A DNA stretch of 63,383 nt, the filler included, from Octopus bimaculoides (lineage: Eukaryota), in the NCBI RefSeq assembly GCF_001194135.2. It is 6 parts of 5 records of this genome, joined end to end, with 100 filler letters (N's around TTAATTAATTAA, not from the genome) between each part and the next. Parts side by side here need not be neighbours in the genome. Positions count along the whole stretch, not along the records: positions 5,894 to 14,146 come from NC_068990.1; positions 14,247 to 26,080 come from NC_068981.1; 4 more parts are not named here. One strand, given 5' to 3'. A program made the translations under genes and the position numbers. A model generated the notes under the pieces. The model had not been told where the DNA came from. It was given only the letters and a program-made list of their open reading frames with translations, and did not search any database. Below, piece after piece: positions 10,700 through 22,664 of this stretch; the stretch's first letter is position 1, and each line of letters opens with the position of its first letter.

Positions 10700-13600
10700 T
10701 CGACCCTCCGGGGGTTTTTTTCCTTTCGTTCTCTTTACAATAATTTTTCGTTTCTTTCTTAGGTTTTTTCCTTCTTTTCCGTTCAGATCGGCTACACTAG
10801 CGCGGCTCCATTCACTCTTAACTTCCTTACAACATTTGTCCATCTTTTCTCAAATGTTCTTTGAGGCAGGCACCTCTTCTCCAGACTGATCTTCCTGGAC
10901 AGGCGGTAGTTAAAAATAAAAATTTACCAACCCGTGTCCGGATATAACATTGCTTGTCTCAATTCCTTTTCCACCCGTCACCCATACTATCTCTTTCATT
11001 ATGGCTACTACGCAGAAAAATGATGCCACTTTTTCTTTGTTAAAGGAGGAAGGCGGCACAGTCTTGATGATAGACTCAGTCGATAACCGTTCTCTTTCCG
11101 TTTCTGACATCAGTTGTTCGACATAGGTTATCAATCCCCTCACTTCCCCGCAATGTACGAAGGCGTGCGTGACAGTTTCACCAACACTGGCACCATGCCT
11201 TGACAACTTCTCTCGGACTGACAAGGCCGATCGGTAGCACAGCCACACCAGGGATTTCTGGAAGTTGTCCACCCAGGCCCGGCCCGAATGTTCTTCCGAA
11301 GAGGTTGTTCCTCATCGAAGCCTAGAGTCTCCCCGAGGACGTCGTCGGACATGTGCTCTACCAACCCGCTATAAAAATCTGCAGTGATAGCTCCGCTGCC
11401 GGTATTGCTCGTCCGGGAGAACAGGGCGAGTGCATGACTGCACTCCCTCTGCCATTCCCTCATTTTCGGTCTCCGCGTGAATCATGTGCCTACGTCTCGC
11501 AGGGACGTCAATTGTGGCAGGAAGAACTTGACATGCGGTGACCACACCCGTTCACCATCCAGGTAGAGCCAGAGAGGTCTCAGCCTCAGCGCATACATGC
11601 ACATCATCAGCCAAAGCATACCTAACCCGCCCTTTAACGGTTTCTGGCAGCAGATGGAGCGCCTCATAAGTGGTGGCTTCCCATTCCACAAACAGCGGAA
11701 AAGGATCCGTTCCAGCTTGGTCAGCCACACACCGGGGCAAGGCACAACACTTAGGGATTAGGTTATCACAGATGCTATAAACACCTGTGCAACCTCGGCC
11801 CTCCCAAGCAAGGATAGCGTCCTCCCAGACCAAGTCTGGTTTATGGCCGTCACTTTGCCTGTGACCTCGCTCCAGTTTTTCTCTGTCTGGAGATCCGGCC
11901 CAAACCAGACACCAAGCAATTTAACCGGCCCTCCGTCCAACGTTCCAACCTCCGCAGCGGTGGTTCAAGAGCCAATACATACAGAAGCGGGGATAGTTGG
12001 CAACCCTGGCGAAATGAACGCTCGATCGCGAACGGCTTCGAGAAGAAACCGTTCACCCGTACGACTGAGTCGATGTCGCTATAGACAGTATTGATCCATC
12101 CACGAAAAGTCTGGCCCAGTCCGACCGCCCAGAGGATCGCCACCAGATACTGATGGTCAACCCTATCGAATACCTTAGACTAGTCTAAATTCACCAGTGC
12201 CCCACCTTTGCCAGAAATTTTACCCACCGGATATATAGTGTAGCGTTTGAGGTGAAGGTTGTCGTGTATTGTCCTACTTGGGATGGCACAAGTCTGCACC
12301 TCTCCCACCAGATCGCCAACGACAAGCCTCACTCTCTTGGCTAACACCTTGGCTAAAATCTTTAACCCTGTGTTTAGCAGAGTTATGGGTCTAAAAATAT
12401 TAATGTCATTCCCCTTTCTCGAGTCCTTCCTAATCGATGTTACTACTGCCCAGCTCACAGATTTGGGAATTCTCCCGTTCTGCTGCCACTTTGCGTATAC
12501 ACCTGCCAGTATGTTCCCGAACGAGTCTGGCATATTCTTGCAAAATTCGTAAGGAAGACCATCCATCCCGGCGACTTGTCCCCAGGGCACTCGGAAAGCA
12601 CCTCTATGACCACCGCAGCTGTGATCGGCCCTCCATAGCGCTCCGCGTCACGTGCTAAGAGACACAAGCCGCCGGCCAGGAAATCCTATAGTACAGACTT
12701 CCACCCCTCCCAAACAACGCAGCGAAATGCTCCTGAAAGGCCTTACACATCTCTTCTTGTCCTTCGATCTCCTGTCCTTGTTCGTTTACCACAGACCTTA
12801 TCGTAGCATCTACGGTACGTTGGGTTTCTACCGAGCGAGCCCACCCGGCAACGTTCATACCCTCGCAACCCAGTGCACGTACTTTAGCCCAGACTCTGCA
12901 GCCTTCATGTTTGGCATTGAGGTGTCGGTCCAGGTTCGATTTCGCCGCCAAAACTTGGGGTACAGAGCCCACTCTGCGCCTCTTCTAGCGTCTTACTTAG
13001 AGACCCTTCTACTCTAGCCTGCTCTAGACTTAACTGTTTGCTAAATCTAATAGACTCAAGTCGAATGGTTCTTTTGAGGGCATCCCACCACCCGTTATTC
13101 AACACGGTGTCGGTGAGTTCCCTCGTGACTAACTCCTTAATCTGGCTACGTTATGTTTCGCAAGCCAATAGTGCCTTGCTCAATTTCCAGAAACCAGATC
13201 CCTGTCTATGGACTTTATCTATATGTACCTTACACGTCACTAATTTGTGATCCCTGTAAGGTATATAAGTAAACTGTGGACAGCTAAAGGAAGACCTATC
13301 TCTAGTATTCACTACTATCCTCTCTATATAAGACCTGAGAGATCCGTTATTATTACTCAAGTCCATATTGAAATGCTCGAATTCTCGAGTCTGTATCGAT
13401 CTGCCAGCTTAAATCGTTTCAGCAGATCGATGAGGCGTGAGTTACTCTTCCTACCGGTTGAGCCAAGGGTATCTAGGCGTGCTTGTAGAATAGCGTTAAA
13501 GTCTCGTAACATTTACTATTGCCTTTGACACCATGAAAAAGTCCTCTAGGCGTTGATAGAACTCATTCAGTTTGCCTGTTGTGCAAGGCACGTAAATGCC

Positions 13601-13800
13601 GATCAACCTGAAAGTCTTACCACAAATTTAGATCCAGGATGACCGAATCACCTTCTAGGTCTACAAAGGTTACACCTGTCTGCAGAGCCAAGCTTTTTCG
13701 GAGCAAAACTACAACTCCCGCACCTCCCCCTGTCCGACTAGGAGACATGATTTCTCATAGTCATTCAGGAGGTTTGAGAAGGCCTGCAGCTTTTCCAACT
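10700..13800 (-). mobile_element. L1/Tx1-clade LINE copy B, 5'-truncated in early APE, decayed ORF2 to stop at 10792 plus 3' UTR
   Basis: Homologous to copy A over 12236-13800; RQGCQLSPLLYVLALEP, LLGVWFG, SLLGRAEV, KLERILFRCLWNGK, GGLGM, ETVTHAFVHC motifs; many frameshifts. Confidence 0.9.
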
Positions 13801-14146
13801 CCCAGTCAAATAACTAGCAAGCAAACAAAAGATTCTCACTGATTTTACCTTACCAAATTCTAGTTTTTATGACCATGCAAAACCAGTCAGAAGGAGAGGC
13901 ATATTATTGGGAACGATGAATTTCGTTTGTGGTTTCTTATCGCTATTCTAGCTTTTGGTGGTCTGGAAGAGATTAGAAAGTTCAAGTGGCAAAGACATTA
14001 TTCTGCTAAGCGAAGGCATCTGGCAAATGTAACTGCTGTCACTCACAGAAAAACTATTGTTTTACCGTGAGAAAAGTGCTGTTGAACTGTTACGTGAAAT
14101 TTGGCTATCGAAGATCGAATCCACTACATATATATATATATATATA

Positions 14147-14246
14147 NNNNNNNNNNNNNNNNNNNNNNNNNNNNNNNNNNNNNNNNNNNNTTAATTAATT
14201 AANNNNNNNNNNNNNNNNNNNNNNNNNNNNNNNNNNNNNNNNNNNN
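14147..14246. other. Artificial scaffold join N44-TTAATTAATTAA-N44
   Basis: Same 100-bp construct; 12-mer at 14191-14202. Confidence 0.95.
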
Positions 14247-14543
14247 ATATATATACCATACCACACAACTCCACATCACATCACATCACACCACCACGCA
14301 CACACTAGCACTGACCACTTCCTAGCCACACATCCACACACCTACACATACACACACGCGCACGTCAAGGTCACACAAGCACTCTTATACACACGCACGC
14401 GCACCTTCGTTTTGGGATGAGCACTATTTTATTATCTCCCCTTCTTCTTAGCTCCCCTGTGTGATCCCTCTGTCCGGCATTCACCATGATAGATCGCTAG
14501 CCACTACACATTCTTTATTTTCTCTCCTTGATTCTTTCTGTGT

Positions 14544-14583
14544 TCTTTTCTGTGGAAGAGCGTAGGCTCGATACGCTAAAGAC
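14544..14583 (+). ncRNA. Degenerate type I hammerhead-like motif (Penelope-type terminus)
   Basis: TCTTTT-CTGTGGA-A-GAGC-GTAG-GCTC-GATA-CG-CT-AAAGA: stems I and II pair, but core positions deviate (CTGTGGA, GATA). Confidence 0.35.
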
Positions 14584-14975
14584 TTTTTCACTTCCCGAGC
14601 GTTAAATTAATACATCTGTTTGTTGTCTACACCACCTGTCTTCGTCTTTTTTTTTTTGTTTTTTTTTTTGTTGTGANNNNNNNNNNNNNNNNNNNNNNNN
14701 NNNNNNNNNNNNNNNNNNNNNNNNNNNNNNNNNNNNNNNNNNNNNNNNNNNNNNNNNNNNNNNNNNNNNNNNNNNNNNNNNNNNNNNNNNNNNNNNNNNN
14801 NNNNNNNNNNNNNNNNNNNNNNNNNNNNNNNNNNNNNNNNNNNNNNNNNNNNNNNNNNNNNNNNNNNNNNNNNNNNNNNNNNNNNNNNNNNNNNNNNNNN
14901 NNNNNNNNNNNNNNNNNNNNNNNNNNNNNNNNNNNNNNNNNNNNNNNNNNNNNNNNNNNNNNNNNNNNNNNNNNN

Positions 14976-15020
<45 letters not shown>

Positions 15021-16125
15021 GCAAATTAAATATAACTTTGGGCATTTAATTAGATATAACTTTGAGCATTCAATATAAAAATTCTCTTCTTCAAACCTAT
15101 GTTCCAAACTTTTGGCCACGATTCTACTTATATGAGTCTGGTGCTAGCCTTGCTATGAGTGTAAATCCTCAAGTGATACTTGTACAATTTTTCCTAAATT
15201 TCTCTAAAATTCGAATTACTATAATATTGTTATCATTTGCTTCATTTTTGCTGTAGGAGGAATATTAATATTAATAGCATCCATTTACAAAACTGAAAGG
15301 AGAACGTTATACTTAAGAGGTCGTCGTTATCTCAATAATTTATTCGCTTCCGACTCTCTTATAAATGTTTGAGCAAATTGTTGCTAGACAGGTGACTTGA
15401 TTTTTACTCTTTCTTCAAGAATATTTGGCTGCTATTTTTAGCCAATCAAGTAACCATACCCTCACGGTTTTCCTGATCCAGTGAATAATATGTTTCATGA
15501 AGCTTATTTTCCTATTTTTTTTAACACTTCGTTACATAAATTATCGAGCTATTTATTTTGATCTGATAAATATTAAAATGTCACTTCAAAAGTGGAGGAA
15601 ATGTAAGCTACTTTATCTGAGACATTCCGGTATTTATTTCAATATGTAAAATTTATTAATACAAATGTGGCGGCTGCTGAAGAAGGATTTAAACGAAATT
15701 GAGAAAAATTAAAAGTAACGTGTAGCGGTTTTATGTGGTTAACAGGCGACTAAATTAAAAGTGTATTACGTTAAAATTTTGTTTTTTGTGTGTGAAAAAC
15801 GAAATATTCTCAAATAATTACACGTCGTAGATAACTTATGCCAAGTTTATGTAAAAACTATGTTCGTATTAAATTTATAAACTGATTTATGAAATATAAA
15901 TGGATAATGTGTTTAGATTTGGGATCCATCCACAATGGTTCCATTTTATAGATGTAAAGGTACAATCATTCTGAAATGCGAAAAAATCTGAAACTTCAAA
16001 CACATCCATTTCTAATAATTTCGTATAAATAATTATCTGTTGTACTAAGAAAATTTTATTTTACTTAATCTCAAGAGAACTTTGTGAATAAATAATTTTT
16101 TTTACGCAACTTACAATTAATGCAG

Positions 16126-16137
16126 AAAATCGAAAAG
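16126..16137 (+). CDS. Candidate 12-nt microexon (ENRK in phase 1, or KIEK in phase 0)
   Basis: taatgcag|AAAATCGAAAAG|gtgagt in unique sequence; perfect donor, frame-preserving, modest acceptor. Confidence 0.3.
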
Positions 16138-17044
16138 GTGAGTGGGAAGTAGAAAGAATTACCATTGCATATAACACCACACAAAATAGATAAGATTTCA
16201 TCCCGACTTTGTATATTGACCAGAAGGGTCAAATAACGAAAATGACACTCGATATTGTAGGTTTGAGTCGGTTGTAGTCAATTGTACTAAAGGATTATCT
16301 GCAAACTAAATTTCGAGGGAAGATTTCAGTCGAGTCTATATGTATTCAGTCGGACTAACAAGGCTAAGTATTCTCTAGAGTTTCATCAGAGATCGCTTAC
16401 TCAATTTTTTTTCTGGTTACAGAGTAAATAGCAGCTTATAACTAGACATAGAAATTACAGACTCGTAAAGAACTGAATGAGTTTGCCGTAATGAGAGAGA
16501 GATGGGGGGATAGATTAATTAGAATGTATTCGTTTTATTGAGAGGCAAAAGCTTCTTTTACGTATCCGATTGGCTAACACGATTGTTGATGCGTAATATG
16601 TAAGCAAAAATATTCGTATATGGGGTAAGGCAAATAGAAATATAATTTACTAGCCAGTTGAAAAATCTTCAATAATTAGGAATTTTTCAAAAATACCTTA
16701 CGATAGTGAAGTTGTAAGGCGCAGTTCTGAGTGCATGAATGTTTTCATGTTTGCATGAATACTGGTTATTTCTAAAGGTTTTGTATAAGCTTTACATTAC
16801 TTTTTAAAATATCTTTACACTAGCTTTATAAGGTTATTGCTTGATAACGATACATTATTGAGCGTGCAAATAGTGCTGTTGATATTAAATAGAGGGAATA
16901 GCTATGCGCATTCATACTCGTAAGGTTATGAAATCAACGGATATTTGGGTACAACTACTGCCGCCTTAATGATACTTTTCATTAAACATCTTATAGATTT
17001 GGTCTGTGAGGGGATGCTTATTTATAATTCAGTAAAACACAGGG

Positions 17045-17850
17045 AAGATCGTACAGAGGCTCTATATAAAGTGAAACAAGAAACATGGCAGAATATTTGG
17101 TAAACAGCAAACAAAACTTGTTACAATATGTTACTAATGCAGAAGGATTTACAAAAATAGACTTGAGAGTGCTCATGAATTCCGATCATGAACAACCAAC
17201 GAGAGAGAAGAAACCTTACTCAGTATGGATTTACATGGTCAGTTCCAACGTGAAACTAACAACCTTTTCTGGCTTCTATACCGGAAGTATGGATACGAGA
17301 TAACGGGTGCTTAGTACTAACATATACTGGAAAAGATAATGGACGAAAAGGAGAAAGCAAGAATCTTCTGGGACTTTAACTTCCAGACAAGCACGGTGTT
17401 AGAGCACTGAAGGTCAGATATAATAACCATTAGGAGGGACAAACAAGTGTGCCTAATAATTGACGTAGCAGTGCTAGGAGATCAACATATCATCATGAAA
17501 GAAAGAGAAAAGATTGATAAATATGAAGATCTGAAAATTGAGATCGCTAAGATGTGGCAGCTACGGGAGTCAAACATAAAGATTATCCCTATTGTCATCG
17601 GAGCATTGCGTTCAATACCACTCAACCTGTAAAAAAACACCTGGAAACTTTAGAAGGACCCTACAATCTAGGCGTGTTGCAAAAATCGGCATTACTTGGA
17701 ATTTCACGCATATTGCGTAAACTACTGTCTGTCTGAGGTCGTTGTTTTGACTTGACAGATAGTACAAACCCCACAGTAGACACAATATCTTCAATCAACA
17801 ACATCACGATACTGGATAATATGTGACGTCTTTAATAATAATAATAATAA
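17045..17850 (+). mobile_element. R4/Dong-clade non-LTR retrotransposon 3' part (restriction-like endonuclease), (TAA)n tail
   Basis: FWDFNFQT...CLIIDVAVLGD...KEREKIDKYEDLKIEIAKMW...IIPIVIGAL...LQKSALLGISRILRKLL* followed by 3' UTR and TAA repeats. Confidence 0.85.
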
Positions 17851-20109
17851 ACATCTAAATCTAACTTGATATCTAAACAGTTGACTAAACTTATCGACTG
17901 TTATTTTTAACTTTTACTCTAACAAAATGAACAGACCATCATCGGTGTCATTCTGTTCAAACCTTTCTTGTATGAAGCAGTGCCACCAGCTCCGACTACT
18001 TGAGCTAATATGGAATTCAAACGGTTGCAACATTGAAAATTTTAAAATACACTAGTCTGTGGTAGAACGCAACAATTTGAAGAATTGTGTATTGTATCTT
18101 ACGGTGGAATACTATATTTCAATAGACTTTTCATTTTTTTTTTCTAAGTTAAAGAAATATGAACTCTTATGTAGCTGCAGTCATATCAAGGAATTCTCAT
18201 TGCGAATTTACTTGGAACCAACTTGTTTCATACATAGATATTTCTGTATAAAATTTATATTGCATTTCCATCTTGCGTATACAAATCTATGTGATTGCAC
18301 GTTTGTATTTAAGAATGTATGAAAGTATGCATATAAATACGTATGTATCTATGTAAGTTCGTAGGTTGGTAAGTAGGAGCATGCATGTATGTATGTATGT
18401 ATGTATGTATGTATGTATGTATGTATGTATGTATGTATGTATGTATGTATGCGTGGAAGCTACAAATAAAAGGACTGCAGGAATTTTAAGTTCCACACAA
18501 CTTTTCCCGTCATTGATGTCGGAATACAAAACTATGGCGCTTTGTTTGTAAGATGGAGACGGTTCCTTCTTTATTGAAGGAATTTAAAGAATAAAAAGGA
18601 ATAATGTGAGTATAAATGTGTTTCTATGTGAATGCGTGTGCATAGATGCTTTTATATATATATAAATATGGACACACGCATACATGTATAAAGACATACA
18701 TGTATAATTGCATATAAGTATATATATAAATATATATACATACACATATGAATATATAGACACATAAACGCACGCACACATATATATGAGTGTGCATGTG
18801 TTTGAGCGCGTGTGCGTGTTCGTGCGTATATATTTAATAACCTTTCAGTTATATTTTTTAGCACTTTATTAACTCACTTAATTTGCTACGAAATAATTTT
18901 TTCCCCTAATCTTGCATAGCCTGCCAGACATTTGTTTTTTGTTACTTATAAGAGTGGGTTATATTTATGATGTGGAGTATTGATCTTTACCTAAATTTAT
19001 TGCATTTATGCCTAGTTTTTGCGTGATTTACAGAAATAATAAAAGGTGCCACACGTTTTTATGACTTAACCATAAGATGATAGCAAAACGAATTCAATTA
19101 AGATAGCTTAAGTGAGAGAATAGAAGTCGTTAAAAGAAATCCAAACAAGGAAAAAGACGTAAAAAAAAAGAGGCCTACTGTCTAAAATATTAAAATAGCA
19201 AAATATAATATTATAAAATAACAATAGCATAATACAATATGAAATAAATGATGCAGCAGAATAAAAAAATCATTGTTTATTTTATACATAAAGTCATGAA
19301 TTCATACATACTTATATAGTTGCTCACTCCTCTCTCTTTCTNNNNNNNNNNNNNNNNNNNNNNNNNNNNNNNNNNNNNNNNNNNNNNNNNNNNNNNNNNN
19401 NNNNNNNNNNNNNNNNNNNNNNNNNNNNNNNNNNNNNNNNNNNNNNNNNNNNNNNNNNNNNNNNNNNNNNNNNNNNNNNNNNNNNNNNNNNNNNNNNNNN
19501 NNNNNNNNNNNNNNNNNNNNNNNNNNNNNNNNNNNNNNNNNNNNNNNNATATATATATACGTTTATATATGTGTGTGTGCACATAAATACACCAACGAAC
19601 ATATATATTCACAGATTAGACACACATTCATGCACAAGCACTTACACATATAAACATACATATATACATATAATATATATATATACATAATATATATGTA
19701 TATGATATATATTTATATATATATGTATACATATTTAAATATATGTGTGTGTCTATAATATATATGTATATGATATGTTGGGTGTGTGTGAGCGCGTGCG
19801 CGTATGTTTTACGGGCGCGCATCTGTGTGTTAGTGTATATGTATGTCTTTTGGGGATATGTGGGCGAGTGGAACTAGCAGATTGATAATGTCAGAGGAAT
19901 ATGTAGATATCTAAATAAATATATATGAGTATAACTCTGGCAAACTTTCAAAAAATAGTTTGTCAATGGTTTATAGGAATGGTACCAAAATAAGTTAATA
20001 AATATATAGATATAAATAATTAAATTGACATCGTGGGATTGTAATCCAAATGCGAGTAAAGTAAGGCAGTGAGCTAGAAGACAAAGTGAGGTATAATACA
20101 ATCATCAAT

Positions 20110-20203
<94 letters not shown>

Positions 20204-20650
20204 CTGGTGATTTAGTAATTGAGTGGGTGAATGTTTCGATGATAATATAGCGTGAGAAAGTTTAGTCTAAAGAGCGCTTACATGTTTTAGAAAGGAGTTT
20301 TGGAAAGATATAGCTATAAGAATATATTTAGTGCGTTGCAAGAAACGGTTCTCCGCATATTATATATATTTGTCTTCTCAATGTGCTTTTACTCGGAATG
20401 GTAAATTCTTTTTTCTTCCTCATTGTATAAGAATATACATGCAAACACACACACGCACATACACACAAACATAAACGTATGTATGTATATTTAAGATTTA
20501 GAATTGGCTAGGAGTTTAAGTTTGGCTTGGTAGCATATTCAGTTTTCAACTAGGGATTGTGAGCCAGTTCTGTATTTGAGATGAGAAATTATGTACATTA
20601 TTTACATTATTTACATTCGACGGATATTTGTCCTCATCTTGTTTGTTGTT

Positions 20651-20696
20651 AACACAACGTTTCGGTTGATATACCTTCCAGCCTTCATCAGGTGTC
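20651..20696 (-). ncRNA. Type I hammerhead ribozyme-like motif (left arm)
   Basis: GACAC-CUGAUGA-A-GGCUG-loop-CAACC-GAAA-CG-UU/GUGUU: stem I fully paired, one mismatch in stem II. Confidence 0.65.
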
Positions 20697-20769
20697 TTGG
20701 AGAAATTTCGAACCTGGGTTCTCATTCCTAATGTATTTTTCGATGTTGGTATCATTATTATTATTATTA

Positions 20770-20799
<30 letters not shown>

Positions 20800-20800
<1 letters not shown>

Positions 20801-20870
20801 GGCGTAGTGGTTAAGAGCGCAGGCTACTAACCCCAAGGTTCCGAGTTCGATTCCAAGCAGTGACCTGAAC
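20800..20870 (+). promoter_or_regulatory. tRNA-derived internal Pol III promoter (SINE head)
   Basis: A box TGGCGTAGTGG 20800-20810; B box GTTCGATTC 20845-20853; no complete acceptor stem, so not a tRNA gene. Confidence 0.75.
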
Positions 20871-20973
20871 AACAACAATAATAATAATAATAATAATAAT
20901 GATAATAATAATAATAATAACAACACCGAAAAAAATACCTTAGGAATGAGAACCCATTTCGAAATTTCCCCAA

Positions 20974-21019
20974 AACACCTGATGAAGGCTGGAGAGTATA
21001 TCAGCCGAAACGTTGTTTT
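20974..21019 (+). ncRNA. Type I hammerhead ribozyme-like motif (right arm)
   Basis: AACAC-CUGAUGA(20979-85)-A-GGCUG/CAGCC stem II-GAAA(21007-10)-CG-UU cleavage triplet GUU-GUUUU; palindromic ACGU stem III. Confidence 0.7.
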
Positions 21020-21308
21020 AACAAACAAGATGAGGACAAATATCCGTCGGAGGTAAATAATGTAAATAACGTAAATAATGTAGGGATTGTGAGGTTTGGG
21101 ATAACGTGGCTAAAATCTGTGCTATTTGCTAACTTATTTTTGAGGTACTTTGAGGAAAGATTTTGGAGAGCCCAATTAAGAGTGGATATAATGTGTAGAC
21201 CATATGATACTTGTGATTTTCTCCAATTATATTTTCATATTGCTTTACTTTCCATCCTATGTTTTCTAAGTATGTTATAAATTATGTGGAAGAGATATTC
21301 CTAAATTC

Positions 21309-22640
21309 TATTAGGTCATCCCATAAGTTCTGTTCGAATTTTGAATAAAAGAAAACAAGTGATCAAATTTTATATTTAATTGAAATTTAATCATCAATGT
21401 ACTTTCCCTGATTATCTATGACTTCCTTCCATCTATTTACAAACTTTTTAAACTCATCAATGTAAAACTCTTTTGGTTTCAAAGCGAAGAACTCTGAAAT
21501 GTCAGTTTCGACCTCCACCTGGCTTGCGAAAGTTATGTCCCCCAAATGATTCTGTAAACTACGAAACAAATGATAGTCTGAAGGAGAAAGATCGGGAGAA
21601 TAAGGTGGATGAGGAATTTTTCCCAGCCAAGCTCTTCGATCTTCTGTGATGTGATCTTTGCAGTGTGGGGTCGCGTATAGTCCTGATGAAACATCACTCC
21701 TTTTCGATTCACTAATGCGGGTCTTTTTTTCCTTCAAAGCTTGGTTCAAACACTCTAATTGCTGACAGTAGACTTGAGCATTGATTGTTGCATTAGGTGG
21801 TAACAATTCAAAGTGAATTACTCCTTTGCAATTCTACCAGNNNNNNNNNNCTTGAGCATTGATTGTTGCATTAGGTGGTAACAATTCAAAGTGAATTACT
21901 CCTTTGCAATTCTACCAGATAGAGAGAACCTTTTTTCCATGAAGTTCCCTTCTCGGTTGTGGTTGATATTTTTCCCTTGTACCAAGCCATTGTTTACGTC
22001 GTTTAACATTTCGATAGAAGATCCATTTTTCGTCACCAGTCACACGTCTATCCAAAAAGGGTGAAATGAATTCGTGAGAATGGAGAGAAGAGCAGATGTC
22101 AACTCTGGATTTGCGGTTGCTTTCGGACAATTCATGAGGCACCCATTTTCCAAGTTTAACAACCTTTTTAAGTTGTTGAAGATGACGTTGAACAGTTTTA
22201 TGGTTTGTATTAAGCTTTATTGCCAATTCTTCAACAGATAATGCAGGATTTTCTTCAAGTAATGCCTCAAGGAGCTTATCCTCAAACTCAACTGGACGTC
22301 CTGTTCGATCTTCATCTTCAAGGCTGAAATCTCCACTTCTGAATTTTACAAACCATCTTCTGCAAGTTCTTTCCTTCAAGCATTCTTTCCCATAAACTAA
22401 GTGTATGTTTCCGGTCGCCTCGGCTGCAGTGTTGCCTTTTTTATACTCATAATTGGCAATAAAGCTTAGTTCAAACCATAAAACTGCTCATCGTCATCTT
22501 CAACAACTTAGAAAGTCTAAGTATTGGTTTTGGGTATTTACTGGAATGAAATATTCAAAATTGTAGTATAACTGGAAAGCGCAGATCTTTCATTTTCTGG
22601 TCCATTGTTTGCTCGTGTGTTTTTTTTTTATTTTTTATTT
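21309..22640 (-). mobile_element. Mariner transposon, pseudogenised DD34D transposase, 5' TIR largely missing
   Basis: TCRRWFVKFRSGDFSLED, GKWVPHEL, VTGDEKWIFY, HPPYSPDLSPSDYHLFRSL motifs; TIR TATTAGGTCATCCCATAAG at 21309; internal stop and frameshifts. Confidence 0.92.
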
Positions 22641-22664
22641 CAAGAAATATCTGCCAAGTATTGA

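Larger units (their letters stand above)
20564..21080. mobile_element. 517-bp non-autonomous retroelement: inverted Penelope-type hammerhead arms around a tRNA-derived head; 13-bp TSD
   Basis: TAGGGATTGTGAG at 20551-20563 and 21081-21093; ~150-bp inverted arms (20594-20748 / 20922-21082); central (TTA)n-tRNA head-(TAA)n. Confidence 0.8.

Noticed and set aside
16330-16392. CTGATGA on the minus strand with downstream GAAA
   Set aside because: No stem II closure or stem I/III pairing.
20800-20870. Possible tRNA gene (also the other SINE heads)
   Set aside because: A/B boxes are present, but there is no closing acceptor stem, and the heads run into SINE bodies.
21773-21918. 68-bp direct duplication inside the mariner
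   Set aside because: The copies flank a 10-N gap exactly; this is an unmerged contig overlap.
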